DNA from: Convolutriloba macropyga
Taxonomy: Eukaryota
DNA: 64,000 nucleotides
Reading direction: 5' to 3'
Assembly (NCBI RefSeq): GCF_964194025.1
Contig: NC_134468.1
Location: forward strand, 76,632,001 to 76,696,000
Below, one piece after another: positions 25,083 through 36,812 of the stretch. The notes below the pieces were generated by a model that ran no database searches, was not told where the DNA came from, and worked only from the letters and a program-made list of their open reading frames with translations. Position 1 is the stretch's first letter, and every line of letters starts with the position of its first letter. Position numbers and translations under genes: made by a program.

Positions 25083-26471
25083 AGAAATGACCGTCTGTGA
25101 TCACCCTCTATCTATTCTCATTTTTGTAAACCTTGTAACTGTTTTCAAAACTGAATTCAAACTCTTAAATTTTTTGGTCATTAATAATTCTTCAATTTCG
25201 TATAGTTTCACAAGCTAAACAACAGAAATATAGTTCACAACGGAAAAGTTTTAGGGACAATTTTTACCTTAATTTAAATTTTACAGCAAATGTCACCTGT
25301 GGTCTTCGAATCTAGTGGGTTTTATTGTTTAAAATCGAAAAGCAAAGTGTGCAAATTGCAAAGCCTTCACGTGTTTAATTGTCATTGTTGACTCGAGTTG
25401 GAACAATTGAAAGAGTAACTCAGTTGCATTTTTATTCGGATGTATCTATCGTTCGTAAATATTTATGCTTCTTTGAAAATCGAAACTTAGAAATTGTTTG
25501 AAACAGTAAAATCGCCATTTAAAAAGTGTTTTTGAGGTTTTATCAATATGTTGTTTCTTTTTAAATCATTTCAAGCATATTCGAACAACTGGTAGAGGTT
25601 TAAACGTTTTTATTTCTTAAAAAAATTGATGCTGTTTTACCAACGTCGGGAGAATTGCTCTCAAACGACCGGGGATTAGTTGGTTTTTTCAGTAGCTAGC
25701 TAACTTTTAGTTCGGCTAGCTTAGCTTGATTGTCGTGAGCTGAGTGACTAATGAGCTAAAGGTCTCTAAGAGCACTTAATGCCCTCTGTGCGCTGCTTGT
25801 TTAGCCCGTTTTTGAGGAAGAAAAGTCAAATGAGTCATACCAAAAATCGGTCAAGCGAAAAATCGAATAAAGGACCAAGAGGACTATTATAATTTCTACA
25901 AACTTCGTTTGAGAGCAATTATAAAGTACGACAATAGGTCAACTTGTTCAAGCTCTAAATAGCTTTCTATAGTTTGTATTCTTTCTAGTGTTTTGGAGAT
26001 AAAAACTATAACAGTTTCATTAAACCGAGTGGAAACAGAAAGGTTTTGCGAACAATTTGTTCAAGAATATAAGCAGCGATTCTTTCATATCACTCAAAAA
26101 TAATACTGGATAGCATTCCTAGTCTTAAGTTTTGTTAATGAGTGCATAGCAGTCATTTCGAAAACTGGATGACTGATATTGTTACCCCCTTACTGAAGTA
26201 AGGTGTAAAATGCACCAATCGCGCAGAGTACCCAATGCGTAGAAACGTGTGACAAAACTTAAAATTTTTGACAACGCTTGAGTTAAAGTGCAAATGAATA
26301 ATTTTAACTCAACTAGCGCTCAAACTTTCCTTCTAATTAATATAATGATTAAGTGTAACGCTTAATCAAAGTGTACTATTTCAAGAAGTGACGAGGCAAG
26401 CTTTTCGAAAAGCGTGCCTTGAATGAAAAATTAATCAAAATTGTTCGAGTAAAAATCTCGCGGTCTGAGTC

Positions 26472-26842
26472 TGTGATACCCGAACATTCATTTATTCTTC
26501 AATATCATTGATGCAGTAAAATTTATATGATGCCTTTAATTTAGTTCATTATTTTAATCTTAATCTTATGATCTTGTTTCAACTGTCTGGTTAGCTTCCC
26601 GCTTCGTGATCAGACATGTCTGATCACGCATTCACGTTGTGCCCGAGTGGCTTCAGTTTATTAATTTTATTGTTCTGACTTTCTGCAACTCAATTCAGTT
26701 TGCAAAACATTCTCTTGATTTCCCGCTCCGCAAGTAAGCGAAACAAAAGTGAAAGTAGATCTCGCGCCGCGAATAGTCAAATAATATTCTCTCTGTAATC
26801 TCGCACCGCAAATCGCCACAGCAAAAATAATAGAGTACGACA
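26472..26842 (+). repeat. Gypsy 5' LTR
   Basis: TGTGATA..ACGACA; about 14 substitutions and 1 indel versus the 3' LTR. Confidence 0.95.
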
Positions 26843-29800
26843 TGGCGCAGTCAGCAACGAAAAGAACACCCCTTGGAATCGACCCTTTCTGGGAGAAACC
26901 AACACCGGATCCATCACTTCGCTGGGTGAAGTGGAGGGTACAATACAAACTGGCACTCTTAGCCAAAGAAAACATCATTTTGGACACGCTACTCGGCCCA
27001 AAACCTGAAATGGTAGAGCTACCTCTAGAGCCAATCTACGAAGAGACAATTGTGGGTGCATCTGCACAATCAGAGAGGGAGAGGAACGCGCGCAACGCGC
27101 AACAAAAGATGAACTGGCAAAACAAATGCCAACGACTTATTGAGGTAGGCATCATGTGTGGCGACAAACCGTGGTCATTGGCAGACCGAAAAACAGTCTT
27201 TCTTCTTTACTTGAGCATCGGAATAGAGGGACGTCGTATCCTTAACTGTAAGAACCCGCATATCATGATAGACACTCTAGCTACTATCGATTTTCGGAAA
27301 ATCGTGGAGGAAGCATTCATCCGCCCGCGCAACATAACATTTGACAGACATGTCTTCCTGATCACAAAACAGCTTAGGGGAGAAACTGTTGAGCATTTTT
27401 ATGGTAAATTAAAAGAACTGGCGGAAAACTGTGATTTTGAAAACAAAGAAGAAACTCTGATACGCGATGTATTCATCACAAATCTGATCGATTCCGAGAT
27501 CCAAAAAGAACTACTAAAACAAACGGTAGAACCGCGACAGGCGTTGGAACTCGCAATCAATATGGAACTCGGGATGCGAAACCAACATCAAATACAACAG
27601 CACAATAAAATTGTTGTTCCGGCGAATGTCAATGCTGTTCAATTCAACAATAACTCACGAAGACCGTATTGGCAGAACAATAATAATGTTCCAAAACAAA
27701 ATAATAGATCAACACTCTATTGTTCGAATTGCGGCGGAGTCTGGCTCCCAAATCATCGCGAAAAGTGCATTGCAAAAGGAAAGACATGCAACAATTGCGG
27801 GTTATTAAATCACTTTGCAAAGGTCTGCCGTAAACAGCAAAAGAACATCAACGTAAAGCCACAAGATCCCAAGAAAAAGATGGTTCGGGTGGCAGAGGAA
27901 GAGCCACAACCAGAGGACTCGGTAAATTTTGTTCAACCGGCAAAACTCTATGAATCAGACTACAGCAGCGGTGAAGAGGACAACACAATCGCAATGATTG
28001 AAACCGCAGTGGAGAAAGTTGAACCCCTCAATATGCCTCTCAAGATCGGAAATGTCAATACAACTCTACTCTATGACTCCGGGAGTGCATGCAGTATACT
28101 TCATCATTCACTCGCGTCGCAAGTGGTACAAAGCAGCCCCCGCGCTTTCTGGATTCACGAATCGTCACCACCACAACTACGAAACTTCTCCAACGAGCCA
28201 ATACAGGTACTGGGAAAAATCCAAGCTCCGATCACAAGCAAAGGATGGGTATGCAACTCAGCAACTTTCACAGTTGTAGCCGACGGTTTAAAGTCCTTAA
28301 TAGGTCGTGATTTGTTCGACCAACTTGGACTTGCTGTAACTCTGTCTACACTTCTCAAAGGTAACAGTGTCAACAACATCGCATCCCCTGAATTTAAAGA
28401 ACAGATAGCCAAAAACTTTCCTGGTTTGGTATCACGCATTGGACGATCAAAAAGTCATGTAGCAAAATCTAAATTTCACAAGAATTTCCAACCTAGACAT
28501 CAAAAAGGTAGACGAATTCCTATCAATCTTCAAGACAAAGTTAATACAGAACTTAGAAAATTATTAGCTGAAAAACACATTATAAAACTGTCAAGCTGCC
28601 CCGATAATTATTTCATCTCACCTATTTTGGTTACAATTAAAAAAGACCCAACGATAAAGCTTGCACTGGATTCAAAAGTTTTAAATAAAGCTATTCACAA
28701 GAACAAGTATCAAATGCCAAACATTGATACGCTAATTGAATCAATATCTCAACAAATAAGTGCTCCCGCTTCGCAAAACACAACGTACTTTTCTACGATT
28801 GATTTGAAATACGCATACAGTCAATTAAATCTGGACATCAACACAGCTAATCATTGTAATTTTAATATTATTAGTGGAGATCTGACTGGCACTTACAGAT
28901 TTCAAACAGGATTTTACGGACTTACAGATATGCCAGCTGAATTTCAAAAAGCTATGGACTATACTCTAATTGGCTTAGAAAATACATTTTGCTTTTTGGA
29001 TGATATTTTGATTGTTAGCAAAGGGTCTCTGAATGATCACAAAAATTATGTAATGAAAAGTCTCCAACGTTTAGACGACGAAAATCTTAGGATAAATCTT
29101 CCTAAATGCCACTTTGGAAAATTAGAAATTGATTGGCTTGGGTATCATATATGACAAGAAGGTATTTCGCCCCTCGAATCTAAGACCGCGGCAATTTTGG
29201 CTCTCGAAGCACCGAAAACTTTAAAGAAATTCCGTTCATTTTTGGGATCCGTTCATTATATTGGGAAATTTATCCCTAATCTAGTCCTAATAAGTCATCC
29301 TCTTCGCCCGCTACTGCGGAAGTCTTCAAAATTCATCTGGACAACTGAACATGAAAACTGTTTTCAAGAAATTAAGACTCGCATAGCGAACGCAACTGCA
29401 AATAGTCATTACAACCCGCAACTCGAAACACGCGTGAAATGCGACGCATCCCGCTCAGGCCTTGGCGCGGCTCTCGAACAATTAACTGTAGATGGGTGGA
29501 AACCAATTGCATTTGCGTCTCGATTTTTAAGTTGCTGTGAAGAGCGTTATAGTGTAAATGAACTTGAACTTTTGGGTGTAGTCTGGTCAACAGAATATTT
29601 TAAAAATTATCTGTATGGAAAACAATTTAAAGTATTTACCGATCACGGAGCACTTCTCTCGATTATGAAAGAACATAGATCTAATAAATCATACAATAGT
29701 AGATTGACCCGCTGGGTCGATCGCCTTCTTCCTTTTCAATTTGATATTGAACACCTTCCTGGGGCAAAAATGGGTTTGGTCGATTATATTTCCCGCAATC

Positions 29801-32719
29801 CATCCCAAAAAGCTAAGAAGATCTCTACATACGATGAAGAATTTATTGTTGCTAAATTGAAACTAATCTCGAAATCAGTTAACGCATTAGAATTAAACAC
29901 TGAACGCCCTGCATCACATTTACACCAGTTATTAACAAATTACACTCTCGACCCGCAAAACACATCTAAAATTGAGATACTTGATTCCGCATTACAAACT
30001 ACAACTAAAATTGGGACCACTAATCACTCAATAAATTCAATTAGCACCCGCGCTACGCGAGTACGCAAACATGTATTTGGCAATTCACTCGCTCCGCGAA
30101 ATCATGCCTCAAATAGTATTTGTCAATTAAACAATTTAAAGTATGTAACACTTGCGTCACAAAGTCCACTTTGCACCTCTCTCGCTCTGCAAAATACCAG
30201 CAACAACAAACAATTAATCCAAATTAGGAATAAAGTGACATACGCGCAGCGCGAGCATCAAATCACTCAATTACAAATCCCGCCAATCAAATCACATTCC
30301 ACAAATAATTCTAAAAGTCATCACCCAGAATTAAAATCAGTGCTTTTTGCCTCTTGTCATTCTAGAAATCAGTTGCATCCTTCTAAACTAAAAAATTCTA
30401 ATCAATCATCATCCGTATTCAAATACATCAATTCAATAAATAGTAGAATGCCTTCGAAAAAGAGAACAACCCGAGTCCGATTCAATGATGCATCCCGCGC
30501 AGCGGATCAACTTTCAACTAGCGACAACACTACGCGCCCCGCAAGTACGCGATCTAATTTGCCAACCAGCTCTCGCGCGGCGAATCAATCTACGCAAAAT
30601 CTTAGTACACCGCATGCAACAAGTACGGCACTAAACACAACTCCAACAATCCCAACTCATTCTTCTAATGCTAGTGCCCCATTGACGCCGAGCCCGCACG
30701 TACCCACTTTCGAATATATCGTATCCAAAATTTTCAATAAGTCTTTGATTGCCTCTCTAACTAGTAAGGACGCTGTACTTAAAGAGGTCAGAGATTGCAT
30801 CTTGACCAACAACGAAAGCCGATTAAAAGCAATAAACCCCTACATACACTCGTATTGGAGGGACCTGCACGTGCGCTCCGGGTGCGTGTGCGTAGATGAA
30901 CGAGTGGCTATCCCTAACGTGCTCCGCGAAGCGTTGATCGATGATATCCATTCAAGTCACCCAGGTACCTGGGGCATGATTTGTATGGCTACACATTCCT
31001 GGTGGCCCTACATGCGCCGGGAATTAATAGTCAAATCCACTGAGTGCAAACCGTGCACAGTAATCGGTAAGAATCTTAAATCAGTTATTCCTGCTAAGCA
31101 ATTCACTCCTCATATACCATGTGTTGAACCTAATCAAGAAATTCAAATCGATTTTGGGGGACCAATTTTTTATGAAAAGGGCAATGAGGTGTACTTTTTG
31201 GCAGCAATTGATCGCTTTTCTAAATATCTAACTGCATACATTTACGACAAAGCTAATGGACCAAATGTTTTGAAATTTTTGGACATGTATTTTGAAACTC
31301 ATGGAATTCCAAGATCTATCCGTTTAGACCAAGCAAAATGTTTAATTGGACATCAAGTAGAGACTTTTTGTAATAAAAAAAACATCGAAATTTTTGAAGC
31401 GCCTGTAAATGATCATCGTGCTATTGGGTTGGTGGAACGAATAATTCAAACAATTAAGAATAGACTCGCATGTATCAAAGAAGAGAAATTATCTACACAC
31501 GCCTTTCATGTAAAGCATGCATTAAAGATAATCATTCACCAATTGCGTATATGCAAACAAAGAACAACAAAGACCTCGCCCTTCGAAGCACACTTTGGAA
31601 GAAAGCCTAATACCCCGCTAAGCGTGATTGCAACTAAACCTAATTTGCTGAACTTGTCATACAAGAGTATTATAAATCATTATTTAGACGAGGACAGTGA
31701 TGCCAGAAGAGATCCTGCCTGACGACTAGTGGATCAATGGATATCGCAGTGATATCGAAGTAGAACTTGGCATGACCCGAGCTACTACAGAAGCACGATC
31801 CAGGGAGCAGGCCAGTACAGATGGGGAACCAAGATTCCTCAAGACCAAGGCGATCCGCCCCATTCCGCTGAAAGAGCGTGCGGCCGAATTGAATCTTGCG
31901 AGAAAGGTGCATGGCAAAAGAGGCTCGAAAAAAAACTTGGAGGGTTTATACGAGGTCCTTGCCCCTGGGTCGCACATCCTTAAAGTGAGCCCCACCACGT
32001 CGACCATAAAAGAACCGGGCAAGCAAGTGTTGACAGTTCGCAATAGCGATATTGCGAAATTTGGCACACAGTTGGAGAGGCAAACTCCACTGAAAGTTTA
32101 TGCTGATAGACGCGGACCCCGTTCTGGAGAAAAAGTCGTGGAAGAGCTGATTCACAGCCATATCAAAGAGTTCACCCGGAAGCAAAAGGGTGACAAGAAA
32201 ATGAAGCACAGGAAGAGAGAACCGAGCAGCGGGGTTTCATCGCAAAGATCGAACATCTCACGCGCGATGCGGGGACGCATCCCAAAATTACCAAACTTCT
32301 CTGCGATACGCAACCAACAACCTCCACTCTCGACTAGCGAACCAACCACAGCTACGTCTACTCATCCGGCCACAACATCATCTACTACGCGTACTTCAGA
32401 CCGTACTCCTCGAAGCCCATCATATTATGGCTTCGAGACTTCTCCACCAGTGTCTGATATCTTGCCTCCACCGAAACGACCCCGCCGAGCGGGTGATGTG
32501 GAAAATTTTGCACCACCTGACACCATTGTCGAATCGGTACAGCAAATTGTGGAAAATCAACCCGAGGAACAAAATGTGTCACCCCGTATCGTCTCTGTCT
32601 CGCCTCCCGCTACCCGAAATACGCCTCTGCTATATATGGACACCCCAACGCTGATTCGGACGATGACAGCCCTCGATGAAGAGAAACAAGATTCTGACAA
32701 TGAAGACTGGAATATGTAA
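26842..32719 (+). pseudogene. Gypsy gag-pol polyprotein (~1960 codons), lightly disrupted
   Basis: YDSGS protease, FLDD RT, CDAS..GA.L and ELE.L RNase H, HHCC and D-D-E integrase. TGA at 29152 (frame continues); frameshift near 31698 and TAG near 31727. Confidence 0.93.
26843..26856 (+). promoter_or_regulatory. Gypsy primer-binding site, probably tRNA-Ser
   Basis: TGGCGCAGTCAGCA abuts the LTR; its complement TGCTGACTGCGCCA resembles a tRNA-Ser 3' end. Confidence 0.7.
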
Positions 32720-32900
32720 TGCTCGAAAACTGCAAAAAAAACATCGTATATTGTATTAATCATCGTATTTTTAGCTATGATAACCAGTAAATATATTGAT
32801 ATTATCTATTTAACCGGGGACCTTGTATTAATTTGTAAATATTGTTATTATATAAATTTTGAAAATTGTATTCTACAATTTTCTTTTGCTGCAATGGGTA

Positions 32901-33270
32901 TGTGATACCCGAACATTCATTTATTCTTCAATTTCATTGGTGCAGTAAAATTTATATGATGCCTTTATTTTAGTTCATTATTTTAATCTTGATTTTATTA
33001 TCTTGTTTCAACTGTCTGTTTAGTTTCCCGTTTCGTGATCAGACATGTCTGATCACGCATTCACGTTGTGCCCGAGTGGCTTCAGTTTATTAATTTCATT
33101 GTTCTGACTTTCTGCAACTCGATTCAGTTTGCAAAACATTCTCTTGATTTCCCGCTCCGCAAGTAAGCGAAACAAAAGTGAAAGTAGATCTCGCGCCGCG
33201 AATAGTCAAATAATATTCTCTCTGTAATCTCGCACCGCAAATCACCACAGCAAAATAATAAAGTACGACT
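32901..33270 (+). repeat. Gypsy 3' LTR
   Basis: Direct repeat of 26472-26842; terminal CA reads CT. Confidence 0.95.
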
Positions 33271-33440
33271 GATTCTTACAATAACTGCATCATTTTTTGC
33301 AGAAAAAAATATTAGTAGTTTATAATGGTAGCTTTTTGAAAAAAAATGGAGCCCAGTCGAATCTTAAGAAAACTTTTGGTTGCCCGGAAGGCTTAGTTTG
33401 CGCTCCTTCACTAAATTTATATATCAGGAAGGCCCAGACC

Positions 33441-34840
33441 AAAGTAGTTGATGGCATCATCAAAATGCGTTGCTTCATTTCAAAGAAAAAAGAACAAAAG
33501 CAGTTGCGTACTAATGTTGTGTCACCACCAATCTATTGAATCAAAGTCATGAACAAGTTTAGCTTTTGCTTCTTTAGAGCGAGGCAGCTAATGCCATTAC
33601 CAAAAATGAGTTGCTTCGTCAAAAAAATGAACGCAGTCGCGTGTTGTGTGAAATTCTGCCAAAAGGAATTTATTGAACCAATTTATTGAACGAATTTATT
33701 GAACGATATAGATCCTGGAGACATTTAGATATCAAAGACGATGATGCTTGAGCGCAAGGCCGTGCTCAATTCGCCGAAGCACTTCTACGTTTTTGTCTTA
33801 ATAGTTTCCCGGACTCTAGTGCCAGAGTAAATCAGTACTAAATTTTTATAATCCAATAGTAAATGGAAGATTCAGTACTGATTCATGGTGTCCGCAGTAA
33901 TCTCGATTGTGCATTATGTTCAGCTCAAGTTCATTGTCCATTTTTTTCTCTGAAATTACAATGAACGTTCGGATTTTCTGCTTCATTATGTTCATTGAAA
34001 AATTAGAAAAAATAATCGAAAATATCGAAAATAATTTGAATTTTTAGAAGATACCAATTTTGAGCATGGAAATAGCATTTATTGAGTCGTTAAACTTAAA
34101 TAACCAGTAAAACACCAGTAACCCACCCACCCCCCCCCCCCCCCCACAAAAGTAGTTGATGGCATCATCAAAATGCGTTGCTTCATTTCAAAGAAAAAAG
34201 AACAAAAGCAGTTGCGTACTAATGTTGTGTCACCACCAATCTATTGAGTCGAAGTCATGAACAAGTTTAGTTTTTGCTTCTTTAGACCAAGGCAGCTAAT
34301 GCCATTATCAAAAATGAGTTGCTTCGTCAAAAAAATGAACGCAGTCGCGTGTTGTGTGAAGTTCTGCCAAAAGGAATTTATTGAACGAATTTATTGAACG
34401 AATTTATTGAACGATATAGATCCTGGAGACATTTAGATATCAAAGATGATTATGCTTGAGCGCAAGGCCATGCTCAATTCGCCGACGCACTCCTACGTTT
34501 TTGTCTTAATAGTTTCCCGGACTCTATTGCCAGAGTAAATCAGTACTAAATTTTTATAATCCAATAGTAAATGGAAGATTCAGTACTGATTCATGGTGTC
34601 CGCAGCGATCTCGATTGTGCATTATGTTCAGCTCAAATTCATTGTCCATTTTTTTCTCTGAAATAACAATGAACGTTCGGAATTTCTGCTTCATTATGTT
34701 CATTGAAAAATTAGAAAAAAATAATCAAAAATATCGAAAATAATTTGAATTTTTAGAAGATACCAATTTTGAGCATGGAAATAGCATTTATTGAGTCGTT
34801 AAACTTAAATAACCAGTAAAACACTAGTATCCCCCACCCG
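33441..34840. repeat. Tandem duplication of ~700 bp
   Basis: AAAGTAGTTGATGGCATC starts at 33441 and 34149; copies are nearly identical, with a C16 run at the junction. Confidence 0.95.
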
Positions 34841-36211
34841 ATCTTAATAATATCTATAACATCTATAATAATCTATAATATTTTTGCTGTATCTATGTAA
34901 AACACGCACGTGCATGTTAAAAATTCCGAGAGTCTGCAATAACAGAAGTTCCTATATACATAGACAGACGTGCAAAGTTGTTTGTTTCAAGCAAGGTTCG
35001 CAATCAACTACATGGTTCGCAATCAACGCGAGAAGTTCCGATTAGCGTCAAGTTCACGTAACCTGTCTGAATATTGAAATGAGCATACCGGACTTCGACG
35101 TATCGAGTTGTTGATGCCTTGAGAACAGAGTGTAAGCCGAGTGAAACCATTAGTACCGAATGTCAAAAAGCAAACTCTAAGAAAACTCTGTATTTTACCC
35201 TGAAATTTACCATGAAATGTCTAATAAGTGCCCTGATCAGAGATCTGCGCATAGAAAAAAAAACAAAATGAATTTATTATGATTCAGCACTGATTTTTAA
35301 TGGCACTCAGGCCCGGGTTATACTCAAAATTTGATGCTTCAGTTATAAAAATAAGTCATTTTGTTTATTTATTTTAACACAAAAGCACTAAAAACTTAGC
35401 TCTTTTAGTTTTTATTTAAAGGAACATCCCTATGTGGAATAGCCCATAATTGAATAATCGTATCATTTGGTCTGCTTTAGGCGCCAATGAGTTTGCAAAG
35501 ATTATAATGAATCTTTTTGTAAGTCCTAGCTTAGTTTTCAAGCAGCTTGTCGTATGGCGTCTCGGAAGAGATTTTAGCTAAGAGATTTTCTGATTTTATG
35601 CCCCACTGTAGCTAACAGCTTTCGAGAAAGTGTGGTTAAGTCAAGTGTGATTAAGTCAAGTGTGATTAAGTCTGAGATTGAGTTCGAACATTTGAAGGTA
35701 GCGTCAACTGTGACTTTTTGAAAGAGAAATCCCTTAGCTTAGATTTGAAACTGAACCTTATTTGAAGCTCAACATTTGATTGCAAGATGGAGTAATATTG
35801 CGTCAACAATTGGAATTTTCACTTCTTAAAACTAGGTTCTGTATACTTTTCTTTAGCTGCGAAATTGGGGTTCGCGTATACGTTTTGAGTATTTGTTTTC
35901 CTTTACCATCTTCACTTTGGCGTTCTTTAACACTTGTTCATGATTCTTTGACATTTCATGTGATATCAGACGTCATTCTTTTATGTGTTTTCAGGCGTAC
36001 TTTAATGGGCTTTGTGCTCTATTTATAATAGCCTTTTACGAAAAGTCAACACGTTGTTCTGCTCAAAGGTTTGTTTCCCCTTTCAGTATTAGTTTGAAAG
36101 TTATTTAACTTCGGGTTACTCATTATTAGTTGTTGAAAGCCATCAAGGGGAAAAATCGCTGCTCCGAGAACTTAGACCTTTTCAAGAACTTAGACTTTTT
36201 CAAGTGAAGTG

Positions 36212-36464
36212 ATGCCGGGAGAACAGAAAACAGAAAGAATTATTGATCGGATTGGGCTATCGTGGCTTCCTATGTTATCTTTTCAGTCAGCTATTGTGCT
36301 GCTTACGACATTTTATCTAATAGCTCTGAGTCACAACCAGTTAGAAGCGAAATTGGCATTTATCAGTGATACTGGAGCACAGCCACCAGCCAGTTGCTGG
36401 TTCAGTTTGCTCATGAACTTCACAGCATTCTGCTTTGTTGCGGTTGTTATAGCACGTTTCATAG
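36212..36464 (+). CDS. DRAM/TMEM150 (Frag1/DRAM/Sfk1) family membrane protein, exon 1
   Basis: Hydrophobic helices and the FISDTGAQPPASCWF signature; donor GTAGTG, phase 1. Confidence 0.88.
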
Positions 36465-36644
36465 GTAGTGGGTTATTCTTAAAAAATAGGTTAGTTTTGT
36501 TAAATAACAATATGATGTTGATTTATGAAGGTGATCCATAAAAATTAAATTTTATTTACAAATTTGTTAGCAAAAAAATTGCTCTAGATAAATTGACGGT
36601 GTTCACTATATTCACCCAGATTGACGAATATCTTAATCTTTTAA

Positions 36645-36812
36645 CGGAACTTTTCCGTTTGTGCCCCCCCCCCCCCCCCCAAGCTTAGTGGGCGCATATT
36701 ATTTGCACCCCCCAGATGCACGTGCAATATTTTTACATAATGATTTAATATGTAATGGCACGTGCTCTGTAACTGGGGGGGGGGGGGGGGGGGCACAAAC
36801 GGAAAAGATCCC
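36645..36812. mobile_element. 168-bp MITE in DRAM intron 1
   Basis: TIRs GGA(A/T)CTTTTCCGTTTGTG plus C17/G19; flanked on both sides by TTTTAA. Confidence 0.8.

Larger units (their letters stand above)
26472..33270 (+). mobile_element. Full-length Ty3/Gypsy LTR retrotransposon (Mag-like)
   Basis: ~371-bp LTRs; imperfect 5-bp TSD GAGTC/GATTC; twin CCHC knuckles; order gag-PR-RT-RH-IN in a single frame. Confidence 0.95.

Noticed and set aside
20256-32763. Antisense and alternate-frame ORFs inside Copia and Gypsy (e.g. 21658-22152, 26667-26987, 31726-32067)
   Set aside because: These are shadows of the sense polyprotein with no motifs. No env-like or extra gene is supported.
26180-33280. Solo LTR (TGT..ACA) into which the Gypsy element inserted
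   Set aside because: Termini are suggestive, but the flanks (ATAT/ATAA) give no convincing TSD and there is no second copy in the window.
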